The translations under genes were made by a program, and so were the position numbers. A model generated the notes under the pieces. It was not told the DNA's origin and did no database searches. It saw only the letters and a program-made list of their open reading frames with translations. This document shows, piece by piece, positions 50,857 to 60,481 of a DNA stretch of 64,000 bases (the first letter of the stretch is position 1; each line of letters starts with the position of its first letter). This DNA is from an uncultured Actinomycetes bacterium (GTDB lineage Bacteria; Actinomycetota; Thermoleophilia; RBG-16-64-13), in the NCBI GenBank assembly GCA_947085635.1, contig CAMTXC010000002.1:140724-204723 (forward strand), in the 5' to 3' direction.

Positions 50857-53565
50857 TCATGCCGCTCCCCCGATGTGGGCGCGCGCCGCCGCGAGCTGTT
50901 CGGCCCGAGTCTCCACGCCACCTTCGACGCGCATACGTGTCAGCACCTGCAAGATGTGGCCCACCCGCGGTCCCTCGCGGACACCAAGCGCGATGATGTC
51001 GGCGCCGGATATCTCCAGCGTGCGCGCCCGCAGCACCTCGAGGAAACGCTCGAATTGCGCATGGGCCCTTCCGGCCCCCGCCCGGCCCATGCAGAAGACC
51101 ACCGCCTCGACGGGCACCTTCCGCAGCAGCCGGAAGAGCTCCCAATCGCCGAGTTCCTCATCGTCCAACTGTTGGGTGAGACGGGAGCCCAGGGTCACGC
51201 TCGCGCGCAGCACGTGCCTGTCGGCGTGCTTCAGTCTCAACTTCTCCAGCCACATGAACAGCTCCTCATGAGTCATGTTGCGCGTGACGGCTGCAAGCCG
51301 CAGTCGCCAGGGTACCACTTCAGCGTGCAGGCCGAGGCGTACGACCACCTCGTCCAAGGCGTGGATGAGGGCCACGGTCCGCGTGCCGGTAGCCAACTTC
51401 GGGTGCACCTGCCGTGCCACGCCCAGGTCGAACAGCCGAGCCAGCGTGTACGATACGTCGGCCTCCCCAAGGAGGGCCACCAGTTCGTCGCGCAAACGCG
51501 CGCTCGAGAGGTCGCCCACCAGATGCATGTCGACACAGGCACGCGCCAAAGATCTCGTCTGCTCGTCCATGCGGAATCCATAGCGGTTCTCGTATCGCAC
51601 GGCACGGAAGATGCGCGTGGGGTCTTCGATGAAGCTCAGGTTGTGCAACACTTTGATCGCGCCGGCGTCAAGATCTTCCAATCCCCCGAAGAAATCGATC
51701 ACCGCGCCCAGATCGTCGCCTTTGAGAGAGACCGCCATGGCATTGATCGTGAAATCCCGGCGGAAGAGGTCTTGACGGATCGATGCATGCTCCACGCTGG
51801 GCAGCGCAGCGGGATAGTCGTAGAACTCGGTACGTGTCGTGGCGACGTCTACGTGGAACGGCTCGGCCCTCCTGTGCGGCGGAAGGGGCTCGTCGCCCAC
51901 GGAATCCGGCGGAAGCAGCACCACAGCGGTCTGGAATTTCTGGTGCGCCCGCACGCGTCCGCCGAGCTTCCGGGCCAGGCGTCGGGCGAAGTCGATGCCG
52001 TCGCCCTCGACGGCGATGTCGATATCGGAGTTCTGCCGCCCCAGGAGGAGGTCGCGAACGAAGCCTCCCACGAGGTACACGCCGGCGAACTCCTCCGACA
52101 CCGCGGATACCGCCTTGAAGAGACGTCCGAACGTGGGTAGATCGCCAAGGTACTCCAACGTACAGGCGGTCACCCCCTCGCGCGGACCGGAGGGAGACAT
52201 GCCGTGCTGCGCCGCCAACACGTCGGTGCGGGTGGCTATGCCTATGACGTCGGCCACCTCGACGACGCCGCTTCTGTCGGCTCGGGCATACGCCTCGTCG
52301 GCGAGCACGGGCAGGCGGCCAATATTCGTGGCCGCCATGAGTCGCCGCAGCTCGTCGAGAGTCGCGGAGGCAGGCGCGAACACCACGTTCCGCGTCATGA
52401 CTCCCTTCACCGGCGCGTGGCCCAGCCCATGGCGCACCGCCTTGTCCAGGTCGCGCCTGGCCACGATACCCACGACCCGCCCGCCCTCCTTCACCGATAT
52501 TCCGGAATGGCCGTAGCGCTGCGCGGTGAAGAGCGCTTCCTCGACGGAGGTGTCCGAGGCGATGAAGCGTACGGGCCGGCTCATGACATCGGCGGCGGTG
52601 GGGACGGGCGGCGCCGCCGCCTCCATCTCCTCGAGCAGACGACGGACTATCTCTTCCGACGTCAGTTCGCGAAGGACGGCCGATCCCGCCTGCGGATGGC
52701 CCCCACCCCCAAGCCCCCGCAGAAGAGCCCCGACATCGACCATCTTGGAGCGAGAACGAGCAGTCACGAACTGGCGCTCCTCCATCTCGACCACCTGGAG
52801 CAGCACATCCGAGTTCAGTAGATCCATAGCCTTGTGGGCGATCACGCTCAGCCCGTCGACATACGCCGGGTTGTCGAGTACTGCTACGTGCACCTCCTGG
52901 CCCTTCACGTACTCCACCCTCACGTGATCCACAACCCTCAGGAGCAGCTCCCGTTGCTCCGCGGTGAGAGGGTTATGCAGGTAGCGTTCGATCAGCGCCT
53001 GGGATGCCCCCAGCCTCATACAGACAGCCAGCATCTCGGCGTCGCGTACGGTGGTTCGGGGATAGGTGAGCGACCCCGTGTCTTCGTGGATACCGAGAGC
53101 GAAGATAGTAGCCTCCAATGGCGAGATCGCGAACTCTCGCTCCCGAAGGATGTACACCATCGCCGTGACCAGGGCGCCGTCGTCCGACACGACCCAGTTC
53201 TCGCCGCGCACGAACGAGGGGCGCTCCTCCGGCTCGCCTCCATGGTGGTCGAACACGACCACCTCCACGTCTTCGCTCCCGCACAGCACCCCAAGTTCAG
53301 CCAAGCGGGCGCAGTCGGAGGTGTCCACGACCACCAGTCGGCGGACGGAGTCAAGATCGAGTGACCGGAACGGCAGAAGCGGCAACTCCTCGCCGTGCAG
53401 GCTCACGAAATCCCTCACGTTGCGGTTCAAGGATCCCGCGAACACGATGCGTGCGTCAGGATACAGACGGGACGCGCCGACGGCCGCGGCGAACGCGTCG
53501 AAGTCGGCGTTCTGATGCGTCGTGATGACAGAGACTACCCTGATATCCGCCGAGGGGGCCGGCAT
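50857..53565 (-). CDS. cca: Multidomain tRNA nucleotidyltransferase: DHH/DHHA1 + tandem CBS + poly(A) polymerase/CCA-adding head and probe domains
   Basis: N-terminus HQNADFDAFAA..., DHHGG, GGGGHPQAGSA (DHHA1); two CBS (VMSRPVRFI..., VMTRNVVF...); YLVGGFVRDLLLGR..SDIDIAVEGD nucleotidyltransferase head; RDFTINAMA. Confidence 0.8.
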   Translation of the reverse strand: MPAPSADIRVVSVITTHQNADFDAFAAAVGASRLYPDARIVFAGSLNRNVRDFVSLHGEELPLLPFRSLDLDSVRRLVVVDTSDCARLAELGVLCGSEDVEVVVFDHHGGEPEERPSFVRGENWVVSDDGALVTAMVYILREREFAISPLEATIFALGIHEDTGSLTYPRTTVRDAEMLAVCMRLGASQALIERYLHNPLTAEQRELLLRVVDHVRVEYVKGQEVHVAVLDNPAYVDGLSVIAHKAMDLLNSDVLLQVVEMEERQFVTARSRSKMVDVGALLRGLGGGGHPQAGSAVLRELTSEEIVRRLLEEMEAAAPPVPTAADVMSRPVRFIASDTSVEEALFTAQRYGHSGISVKEGGRVVGIVARRDLDKAVRHGLGHAPVKGVMTRNVVFAPASATLDELRRLMAATNIGRLPVLADEAYARADRSGVVEVADVIGIATRTDVLAAQHGMSPSGPREGVTACTLEYLGDLPTFGRLFKAVSAVSEEFAGVYLVGGFVRDLLLGRQNSDIDIAVEGDGIDFARRLARKLGGRVRAHQKFQTAVVLLPPDSVGDEPLPPHRRAEPFHVDVATTRTEFYDYPAALPSVEHASIRQDLFRRDFTINAMAVSLKGDDLGAVIDFFGGLEDLDAGAIKVLHNLSFIEDPTRIFRAVRYENRYGFRMDEQTRSLARACVDMHLVGDLSSARLRDELVALLGEADVSYTLARLFDLGVARQVHPKLATGTRTVALIHALDEVVVRLGLHAEVVPWRLRLAAVTRNMTHEELFMWLEKLRLKHADRHVLRASVTLGSRLTQQLDDEELGDWELFRLLRKVPVEAVVFCMGRAGAGRAHAQFERFLEVLRARTLEISGADIIALGVREGPRVGHILQVLTRMRVEGGVETRAEQLAAARAHIGGAA

Positions 53566-53577
53566 GGCTGAGGCGTG

Positions 53578-54354
53578 TTACTGCCGGTCGATGTAGGCTT
53601 TCAGGTTCACCGCCGCGATCGCCAGCTGCTCCCGCATCAGGGGGCCTTCCAAGTCGGTGATACCCGGTTGGATCGCGGTCCCCTCCAGGATATCCGCGTC
53701 GAGCAGACGCTGGAACGCTTCCTTCTCGTCGGGGGAGAGCTCGAGGTCGTCGATCGCCTGGGTGATCGCGCCCGCCTCCGGGAGTTGCTCGGAGGCGGAG
53801 CGTCCCATGACGAGGAGCATCAATCGCACGGAGGCGGATGCGTTGGGAGAGAACACCAGCGGGTCGTCCCCGGTGCCGGACATCGCGTCTTGCCCGAAGA
53901 TCGCAGCTATGTAGTCCGAGTCGTCGATGACGGTCGCGTCGCCCTCGACGTCGGTGAAGACCTCGGTCGAATCCTCGTCCACAGGCCAGCCCATGGCCAA
54001 GACCACCGACTTGGCCAATTGTGCTCGATCCATGGGGTCCGTCAGCCCGAAGCGGGTGCCTGCGGCAGCCGGTACGAGCCCGGTCTCGACGCCCGTCCTG
54101 ATCCGCTCCACCTGCACGTAGTTCTCGGGGATATCATCGAAGACAAGCTGCGCCTGGACTTCCACCGGGTCGAGTATCCCTGATTTCTCGACCAGAGTGT
54201 ACAGCGTGTAGACGGCACCGACGAAGGCCGCCAGCACGAACAAGTTCAGCACGATCCTCTTCACCAGCCGGAAGGGGAAGCGCTGTTTCTTCGGCTTCTC
54301 GGCTGACTCACTCAGAATAGGGACATCCCAGTCCTGACGCACTCTACCCTCCAT
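53578..54354 (-). CDS. Membrane-anchored protein with SLH-like repeats
   Basis: N-terminal TM (IVLNLFVLAAFVGAVYTLYTL) followed by three segments resembling S-layer homology repeats (FDDIPENYVQVERI..G...FGLTDPMDRAQLAKSVVLAMG; FTDVEG...YIAAI...FSPNASASVRLMLLVM; ...GPLMREQLAIAAVNL). Confidence 0.45.
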   Translation of the reverse strand: MEGRVRQDWDVPILSESAEKPKKQRFPFRLVKRIVLNLFVLAAFVGAVYTLYTLVEKSGILDPVEVQAQLVFDDIPENYVQVERIRTGVETGLVPAAAGTRFGLTDPMDRAQLAKSVVLAMGWPVDEDSTEVFTDVEGDATVIDDSDYIAAIFGQDAMSGTGDDPLVFSPNASASVRLMLLVMGRSASEQLPEAGAITQAIDDLELSPDEKEAFQRLLDADILEGTAIQPGITDLEGPLMREQLAIAAVNLKAYIDRQ

Positions 54355-54374
54355 CCGCGGTCAGATTGCGGTCA

Positions 54375-55673
54375 TCATACCTCGTCGATCACGCTTTCTC
54401 GAAGCGGAGGAACATCTGGTCCCATCCTGAAAGCGGCGCTCACAAGTTCCGCCGCCGCGCGCCCCCGTTGCTCGTCGTCTGCATGGATCCATGCGACGAC
54501 TTCCCCACGTTCCACCCGGGTCCCCGTCGGCGCCGCCAACACCACGCCGACCGAGTGGTCTACCTCTGCATCTTTGGTTTCCCGGCCCGCGCCCAGCAGT
54601 AAACCCGCTCTGGCCACCGTCGTCGCCCTCACGGAGTGCACCCAGCCGGCCTCGGCGGCCCTTACCGGCAGGACGACACTCGCAGCCGGAAGTCCTTTCC
54701 CATCGACGGCATCCGCATCTCCGCCCTGCCCTCTCACCCATTCCCGGGCTTTCCGGAGGGCGCTCCCGTCTCGCAGATGGTGCAGAGCGAGCGCCCGACT
54801 CTCCGACGGGTCCCCGGCGCGCCCCGCCATGAGAAGCAGATGCGCAGCCAAGGTGACCACCACGTGCTGCAGATCGGACGGCCCCCTTCCGTGGAGCACC
54901 TCGAAAGCCTCGCGCACCTCGAGAGCGTTCCCCACGGCCAGTCCGAGGGGCTCGTCCATGGCGGTCAACACAGCCCGCACCGACCGACCCGCGTCTTCCC
55001 CGAGTTCGATCATCGTGCGCGCCACGCGGCGCGCCTGGTCCCGTTCCCGCAAGAACGCGCCCTCGCCTACCTTCACGTCCAGCACGATCGCAGTCGCTCC
55101 CGCGGCGATCTTCTTACTCATGACACTCGAAGCGATCAGAGACTCTTGCTCCACCGTGCCCGTGACGTCACGAAGTGCATAGAGCAGGCGATCGGCCGGC
55201 ACGAGGGTGGGGCTCTGCCCCGCGATCACGACGCCCGTGCGGATCACCTGGCTCCGGAACTCAGCGGGCGTAAGGGCGGTACGGAACCCCGGGATCGACT
55301 CGAGCTTGTCTATGGTGCCCCCGGTGTGACCCAAGCCGCGTCCGCTCATCTTCGCGAAGGGGACGCCGCACGCAGCCACCAGCGGACCCAACGCGATCGA
55401 CACCTTATCGCCCACGCCTCCGGTGGAGTGCTTGTCGGCGATCACGGGGGCGATATCGCTGAGATCGACGATTTCCCCACTCTCGACCATGGCCTGCGTG
55501 AGCGCGAAGGTCTCCTCGCGATCCAGACCCCGGAAACAGACGGCCATCAACCAGGCCGCCATCTGGTAGTCGGCCACGCGCCCGGCGACGTACTCAGCGA
55601 TCAGCCAGTGGAGTTCGGCGGGTGTGTGTGCCACCCCAGAACGCTTGGCCTCAATCAGGTCGACCGCTCTCAC
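54375..55673 (-). CDS. pdp: Pyrimidine-nucleoside (thymidine) phosphorylase
   Basis: VDLIEAKRSG, ADYQMAAWLMAV, DKHSTGGVGDK, SGRGLGHTGGTIDKLE. GTG 55673 forms a GTGA overlap with the upstream stop; the track start at 55691 is also GTG. Confidence 0.9.
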   Translation of the reverse strand: MRAVDLIEAKRSGVAHTPAELHWLIAEYVAGRVADYQMAAWLMAVCFRGLDREETFALTQAMVESGEIVDLSDIAPVIADKHSTGGVGDKVSIALGPLVAACGVPFAKMSGRGLGHTGGTIDKLESIPGFRTALTPAEFRSQVIRTGVVIAGQSPTLVPADRLLYALRDVTGTVEQESLIASSVMSKKIAAGATAIVLDVKVGEGAFLRERDQARRVARTMIELGEDAGRSVRAVLTAMDEPLGLAVGNALEVREAFEVLHGRGPSDLQHVVVTLAAHLLLMAGRAGDPSESRALALHHLRDGSALRKAREWVRGQGGDADAVDGKGLPAASVVLPVRAAEAGWVHSVRATTVARAGLLLGAGRETKDAEVDHSVGVVLAAPTGTRVERGEVVAWIHADDEQRGRAAAELVSAAFRMGPDVPPLRESVIDEV

Positions 55674-57730
55674 CCGGACTCCTCCGGCCACTCACGGCCG
55701 ATCAGGCTCTTCACGAGGTCTCCGACCTGCTCCGAGGCCCTGGTGGACATCTGCACCACGTCCTTGTGGGCCTCAAGGCCGGATTTGCCCGTCTCCGCGG
55801 CCACGTTGGTCACCACGCTCAACACGGCGACTCCGAGGCCCGTGTCCCGCGCGGCCCGCACTTCCGCGGCGGTAGACATGCCCACGGTCTGAGCGCCGAG
55901 CTCGCGGAGCACACGCACCTCGGCTTCAGTCTCGTACTGTGGGCCCGGCAGAGCGGCGTACCGCACGCACCGCACTCCCGCATCCTCCAGGATACGTAGA
56001 GCTCCAGAATCGGTGCCTTCCACACGGTCGGGCTCTCCGTCGGGCATGGTCAGTTGCAGATCGATGACCGACTCGACCGCGGTCACCTCGCCGGGCCGTA
56101 ACGTCGGGTCCAAGCCTCCACTCGCATTGGTGACGATCAGGCGCCGCACACCCCAGCACGCCAAAGTACGTACCGGTGCCTGGGTCTGCCCAAGATCGTG
56201 ACCCTCGTAGCTATGTGCCCTGCCGCGTAGGACGCCGACGCGTACGCCCCTCACCTCCCCCACGGCGATCCGGCCCCTGTGTCCGGGCACGGCACCCCGG
56301 ATCCAGCCCGGTACCGCCGCGTAGTCCAGCTCCATCGGAGCCTCGAGGATCGTGGCGACCTCATCGAGTCCAGATCCGAGGATCACGGCGGAGTCAGGAG
56401 GATCGCCGAGTGCGCCTCGCAGCGCCTCGGCGGCCGCGTTCAGGTCGCCCGCACAGACCCCTGACGGCTCACCCTCGACGCCACCATCGGCGCCACCATC
56501 GGCGCCACGATACCCCGCGAGCGAGACCGCTCGTCCATACACGGTTGGGTAGTCACGCCACCCGTGAGCGGGTCGCCCCTCCTCCAGGGGCGTGCCGCCC
56601 AAGCCGGGCCGTCTGGCGGTGAGGCGCTGATAGGCCGTCGCCCCAGTGTCGGCCATGTTCCCCACGTACGCGCGCGCAGGCAACCCGGCGGGGCGAGGGT
56701 AGTACAGCAAGGGCACGTATTCCCGACTGTGATCGGTGCTCACCGTGGTCGGGTCCACACCGTGATCGGCGGTGATCAGCAGCCGGTCTTCCGGGCCCAG
56801 AAGAGCGAGGATAGAGGGAAGGGCGCGGTCCGCGGCCTCCAGGCCGGCGGCGAAGCCGTCGACGTCGTTCCGATGGCCCCAAACCATGTCGAAATCGACT
56901 AAGTTCGTAAAGATGAGGCCCTCGACGCCGCCTTCCAAACGGGCGGCGAGTGTAGCGAGGTTGTCCTCGTTGGACTCCACCTTCACCTGCTCGGTCACGC
57001 CTCGGCCCGCGAAAATCTGGTAGATCTTGCCGATGCCCAACACGGGGACTCCCGCCTGGGTGAGCAGGTCGAGATAGGTGGGGCTCGGAGGCTCGAGCGA
57101 GAAGTCCTTGCGGTCTTTCGTACGCACGAACGAGCCCGGAGTCCCGCTGAACGGACGCGCGATGACCCGGCCCACTCCATGGGGTCCGGTCAGCATGCCG
57201 CGCGCGATCTCGCAGTAGCGGTAGAGCTCTTCCAAGGGGATCACGTCGATGTGGCAGGCGATCTGGAAGACGCTATCGGCCGACGTGTAAACGATCGGCC
57301 TGGCGGTCTCCAGGTGTCGCTCGCCCAACTCCGCGATGATCTCCGTGCCCGAGGCCGCCTTGTTGCCGAGTACCTTCCGGCCTACGGCTTCCTCGAAGCT
57401 CGAGATCACCTCCGGCGGGAACCCATCCGGGAAGGTGGGTTGCGCCTGCGCGGTTACCACCCCCATGTGCTCCCAGTGGCCTGCCGTGGTGTCTTTGCCC
57501 GCAGAGAGCTCCGCCAAGACGCCCGGAAGAGCGAGGGGTTCCGCCACCGGAGGAACCCCCCGGAGCGGCAGGATGTTCCCCAAGCCGAGAGCGCGGAGGT
57601 TCGGCAGTTCGAGTGTTACAAGCGCCGCGAGGTTGCCCAAGGTGTTCGCATCGCTGTCGCCATAGCCGGCCGCATCCGGGAGCGCTCCCGCGCCCACTCC
57701 GTCGAGGATCATGATCACGAACCGTGGCAT
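55670..57730 (-). CDS. Fusion protein: phosphopentomutase (DeoB) + purine nucleoside phosphorylase (PunA/PNP family)
   Basis: N-terminus MPRFVIMILDGVGAG...DSDANTLGN, DFDMVWGHRND, ITADHG. A Gly/Ala/Asp-rich linker (GADGGADGG) follows. C-terminus ILGSGL, GRAHSYEG, TNASGGL, GPQYETEAE, VGMSTAAE, SVVTN. I prefer ATG 57730 (1-nt overlap with the xerD stop); an alternative is at 57736. Confidence 0.85.
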   Translation of the reverse strand: MPRFVIMILDGVGAGALPDAAGYGDSDANTLGNLAALVTLELPNLRALGLGNILPLRGVPPVAEPLALPGVLAELSAGKDTTAGHWEHMGVVTAQAQPTFPDGFPPEVISSFEEAVGRKVLGNKAASGTEIIAELGERHLETARPIVYTSADSVFQIACHIDVIPLEELYRYCEIARGMLTGPHGVGRVIARPFSGTPGSFVRTKDRKDFSLEPPSPTYLDLLTQAGVPVLGIGKIYQIFAGRGVTEQVKVESNEDNLATLAARLEGGVEGLIFTNLVDFDMVWGHRNDVDGFAAGLEAADRALPSILALLGPEDRLLITADHGVDPTTVSTDHSREYVPLLYYPRPAGLPARAYVGNMADTGATAYQRLTARRPGLGGTPLEEGRPAHGWRDYPTVYGRAVSLAGYRGADGGADGGVEGEPSGVCAGDLNAAAEALRGALGDPPDSAVILGSGLDEVATILEAPMELDYAAVPGWIRGAVPGHRGRIAVGEVRGVRVGVLRGRAHSYEGHDLGQTQAPVRTLACWGVRRLIVTNASGGLDPTLRPGEVTAVESVIDLQLTMPDGEPDRVEGTDSGALRILEDAGVRCVRYAALPGPQYETEAEVRVLRELGAQTVGMSTAAEVRAARDTGLGVAVLSVVTNVAAETGKSGLEAHKDVVQMSTRASEQVGDLVKSLIGREWPEESG

Positions 57731-58650
57731 CAGCATTCTTCCCGGTGGCGGGCGCGTGGGTGCGCCTCGTCGTAGACGCGCCGAAGGTGTGCGGCGCTGA
57801 CGTGCGTGTACACCTGGGTCGTAGAAAGGTCCGCGTGGCCCAGCATCTCCTGCACGGCGCGGAGGTCCGCACCTCCCTCGACGAGGTGGGTGGCGAAGGA
57901 GTGGCGCAGGGTGTGAGCCGACACCTCGTCGCTGAGGCCCGCCAGCCGCGCGTACTTCTTCACTATCAGGTGAAGTCCCTGCCGAGATAAGCCGCCTCCG
58001 CGAACGTTGAGGAACACCTCCGGCGGCTTGAGCGCCCCCGCGCGGCCGAGCCGCGGGCGCCCGCGCGCGAGATACGCGGTAACCGCCTCCACGGCCTTCC
58101 GGCCCAGCGGGACGACCCGCTCCTTCGACCCCTTACCCATGGTCCGCACGAACCCCACTTCAAGGTCAATGTCCTGGAGGCGCAGGGAGACCGCCTCAGA
58201 TGCCCTCAGACCGGCCCCATACAACACTTCGAGCAGTGCTCTGTCGCGGTGGCCCGGGGGCGTCGCCGGAGGCCGGGAGAGTAGTCGATCGACTTGAGAC
58301 ACCGTAAGCGGTTTCGGGAGCCCCGCAGGCGACCTCGGCGCCAAGAGCGCCTCGCTCGGGTCTCTCTCGATGCGGGAGATCGACGCGAGATAGCCGTAGA
58401 AGGAACGGATCGCAGCTGTCTTCCTCGCCCGCGTGGAAGGCTTCCACGTACCCTCGGCGAGGAACGAGCGCAGTTCCTCGGTGGAGGCTCCCTCGAGAGA
58501 AAAGGCCCGCTGCTCGAGGTACGCGCTCAATTGGAGCAGGTCTCGGCGATACGAGGCCACGGTGAGTTCAGCGAGGCCACGTTCCGACCTCAGCGAGGCG
58601 AGGTACTCCGCCACCGCTTCCGGCGATCTCTTCGGATGCGCGACATGCAC
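57730..58650 (-). CDS. xerD: Tyrosine recombinase XerD (chromosome dimer resolution)
   Basis: Phage-integrase N- and C-terminal domains, catalytic R...HTLRHSFATHL...GHADLSTTQVYTH. The xerD call follows its position in the actinobacterial pyrG-nudix-xerD synteny. Confidence 0.8.
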   Translation of the reverse strand: MHVAHPKRSPEAVAEYLASLRSERGLAELTVASYRRDLLQLSAYLEQRAFSLEGASTEELRSFLAEGTWKPSTRARKTAAIRSFYGYLASISRIERDPSEALLAPRSPAGLPKPLTVSQVDRLLSRPPATPPGHRDRALLEVLYGAGLRASEAVSLRLQDIDLEVGFVRTMGKGSKERVVPLGRKAVEAVTAYLARGRPRLGRAGALKPPEVFLNVRGGGLSRQGLHLIVKKYARLAGLSDEVSAHTLRHSFATHLVEGGADLRAVQEMLGHADLSTTQVYTHVSAAHLRRVYDEAHPRARHREEC

Positions 58651-58670
58651 GTGGGCGCCCGCTGCGATGA

Positions 58671-59795
58671 CTACATGTACTCGATCGGGAGCAGACTATC
58701 CAACGGGAAGTATTGGTTGCCGGTGGCTTCCGCCACCCGCGAGTTGGTGACCTTGCCCTCCATCACGTTGATGCCACGGGCGAGAGCCGGGTCGGCTCGC
58801 GCCGCCGACGACAGCCCGAGATCGGCAACGTACATGACGTACGGCAGCGTCGCGTTCGTGAGGGCGAGCGTCGAGGTGATGGGCACCACCCCGGCCATGT
58901 TCCCCACGCAGTAGTGCACCACCCCGTGCTCCAGAAAAGTGGGATCCCTGTGTGTGGTCATGCGAGAGGTCGCGAAACACCCGCCCTGGTCGATGCTCAT
59001 GTCCACCACGACCGAGCCGGGCTGCATGGTGGCCACCACTTCCTCCGACACCAGCAGAGGAGCGCGCGCGCCCGGCACATGCACCGCCCCGATCACGAGA
59101 TCGGCGGAGGCGACTTCCTGTTGGATCGTGAGCTGGTTGCTCATGAGCGTCTCTACGCTGGGCACCATGCGCTCAACCTCGGCGAGACGTTCGGTGTTGA
59201 TGTCGATCAAAGTGACGCGCGCGCGCATGCCCGAGGCCACGAGGGCGGCGTTCCTCCCCGCGATACCGGCACCAAGGACCACGACACTGGCGGCCGCCAC
59301 GCCCGTGACGCCGCCGAGCAGCTTGCCCTTGCCGCCGTTCATGCGCTCGAGAAGATGGGCTCCCGCGTGCGGAGCCAGCCTCCCGGCGACCTCACTCATC
59401 GGAGCGAGCAGAGGCAGATGACCGTCGGCGGTCTCCACGGTCTCGTACGCTATGTAGGTGGCTCCGCTCTCGAGGAGCTCCCGTGTCAGATCTGGATTCG
59501 GGGCGAGGTGGAGGTAGGTGAACATCACCTGCCCCGCCCGCATGCGCATGCACTCGTCTCTCAAGGGCTCTTTGACCTTGAGCAGGAGCTCGGCTCGGTC
59601 GAACACCGCTTGGGAGCCCTCCACCACCTGTGCGCCGGCGGAGGAGTACGCCTCGTCCGAGAGCGCCGACGACTCCCCCGCTCCGCGCTCCACGAGGACG
59701 ATGTGACCACGCCGGGTCAGCTCCAGCGCCCCCGCGGGGGTCAACGACACTCTGTGCTCGTCGGCCTTGATCTCCTTGAGAACCCCTATTCGCAC
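58671..59795 (-). CDS. ald: Alanine dehydrogenase
   Basis: MRIGVLKEIKADEHRVSLTP, VVVLGAGIAGRNAA, 374 aa. Confidence 0.92.
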   Translation of the reverse strand: MRIGVLKEIKADEHRVSLTPAGALELTRRGHIVLVERGAGESSALSDEAYSSAGAQVVEGSQAVFDRAELLLKVKEPLRDECMRMRAGQVMFTYLHLAPNPDLTRELLESGATYIAYETVETADGHLPLLAPMSEVAGRLAPHAGAHLLERMNGGKGKLLGGVTGVAAASVVVLGAGIAGRNAALVASGMRARVTLIDINTERLAEVERMVPSVETLMSNQLTIQQEVASADLVIGAVHVPGARAPLLVSEEVVATMQPGSVVVDMSIDQGGCFATSRMTTHRDPTFLEHGVVHYCVGNMAGVVPITSTLALTNATLPYVMYVADLGLSSAARADPALARGINVMEGKVTNSRVAEATGNQYFPLDSLLPIEYM

Positions 59796-60477
59796 TCGTT
59801 CACCCCTCTTGTCTCCGCCGCCTCGCTCCCGCCGACGGCCCCACTCCCACCGACGGCCCCACTCCCACCGACGGCCCTCAGCCCCCGCGGGGTTGCCGCC
59901 GCGTGCTGTTCCACAAGCAGGAGAGTAGCCAGAGTCTTCGCGTCTCTCAATTCCTCCGCTCCCCCTATCACGTCGGCCAGAGGTTTCCAGGTCAGCTCGA
60001 TGAATTCGTCTTCATCGGGGTCGGACGGCACCGAGTCCAGGCCGGTGGCCAGGAAAGCGTGCAGCCGCTCCCTGAGAAACCCAGGCGAGGCGAAGAACGA
60101 CCCGAGATGCACCCATTCAGCGGCGACGAGGCCGGTCTCCTCTCTCAACTCCCGGCGGGCCGCCTCCAGCGGTGCCTCCCCGGGGTCGAGGCCTCCCGCG
60201 GGGAGCTCCAGCAGATAGTCTCCCACAGGATGCCTATATTGGCGCACGAGTACTATATTCCCCGCTGCGTCCACAGCGGCCACCACGACGGCCCCGGGAT
60301 GTTCTATGACCTCGCGAGAAAAGACCCCGTCGCCGGTGTCTATCTCATCCACTCTCAGACTTACGACGCGCCCGGAGAAGACGCGCCGGGACGACACCAC
60401 CCGCGGCAGCTCTTCGGCGTTCGAAGAACCGCCCGAAGGAGGCGCCCCCACAGGCACGGTGTGCCCGACGTCTTCGA

Positions 60478-60481
<4 letters not shown>
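59786..60481 (-). CDS. NUDIX hydrolase (ADP-ribose pyrophosphatase-like) with a repeat-bearing C-terminal tail
   Basis: Nudix box GGLDPGEAPLEAARRELREETGL. GTG 60481 forms a GTGA overlap with the upstream stop. The C-terminal tail is AVGGSGAVGGSGAVGGS. Confidence 0.8.
59835..59888. repeat. Three tandem copies of an 18-bp repeat inside the NUDIX gene 3' end
   Basis: GCTCCCGCCGACGGCCCC / ACTCCCACCGACGGCCCC / ACTCCCACCGACGGCCCT. The repeats are in frame and encode the G-A-V-G-G-S hexapeptide on the minus strand. Confidence 0.85.

Noticed and set aside
59835-59888. Tandem repeats considered as a possible CRISPR array; the same was asked of the repeats at 50067-50165.
   Set aside because: The units are directly adjacent with no spacers, number only 2-3 copies of 14-24 bp, and one set lies inside a coding frame. 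No cas genes are present in the window.
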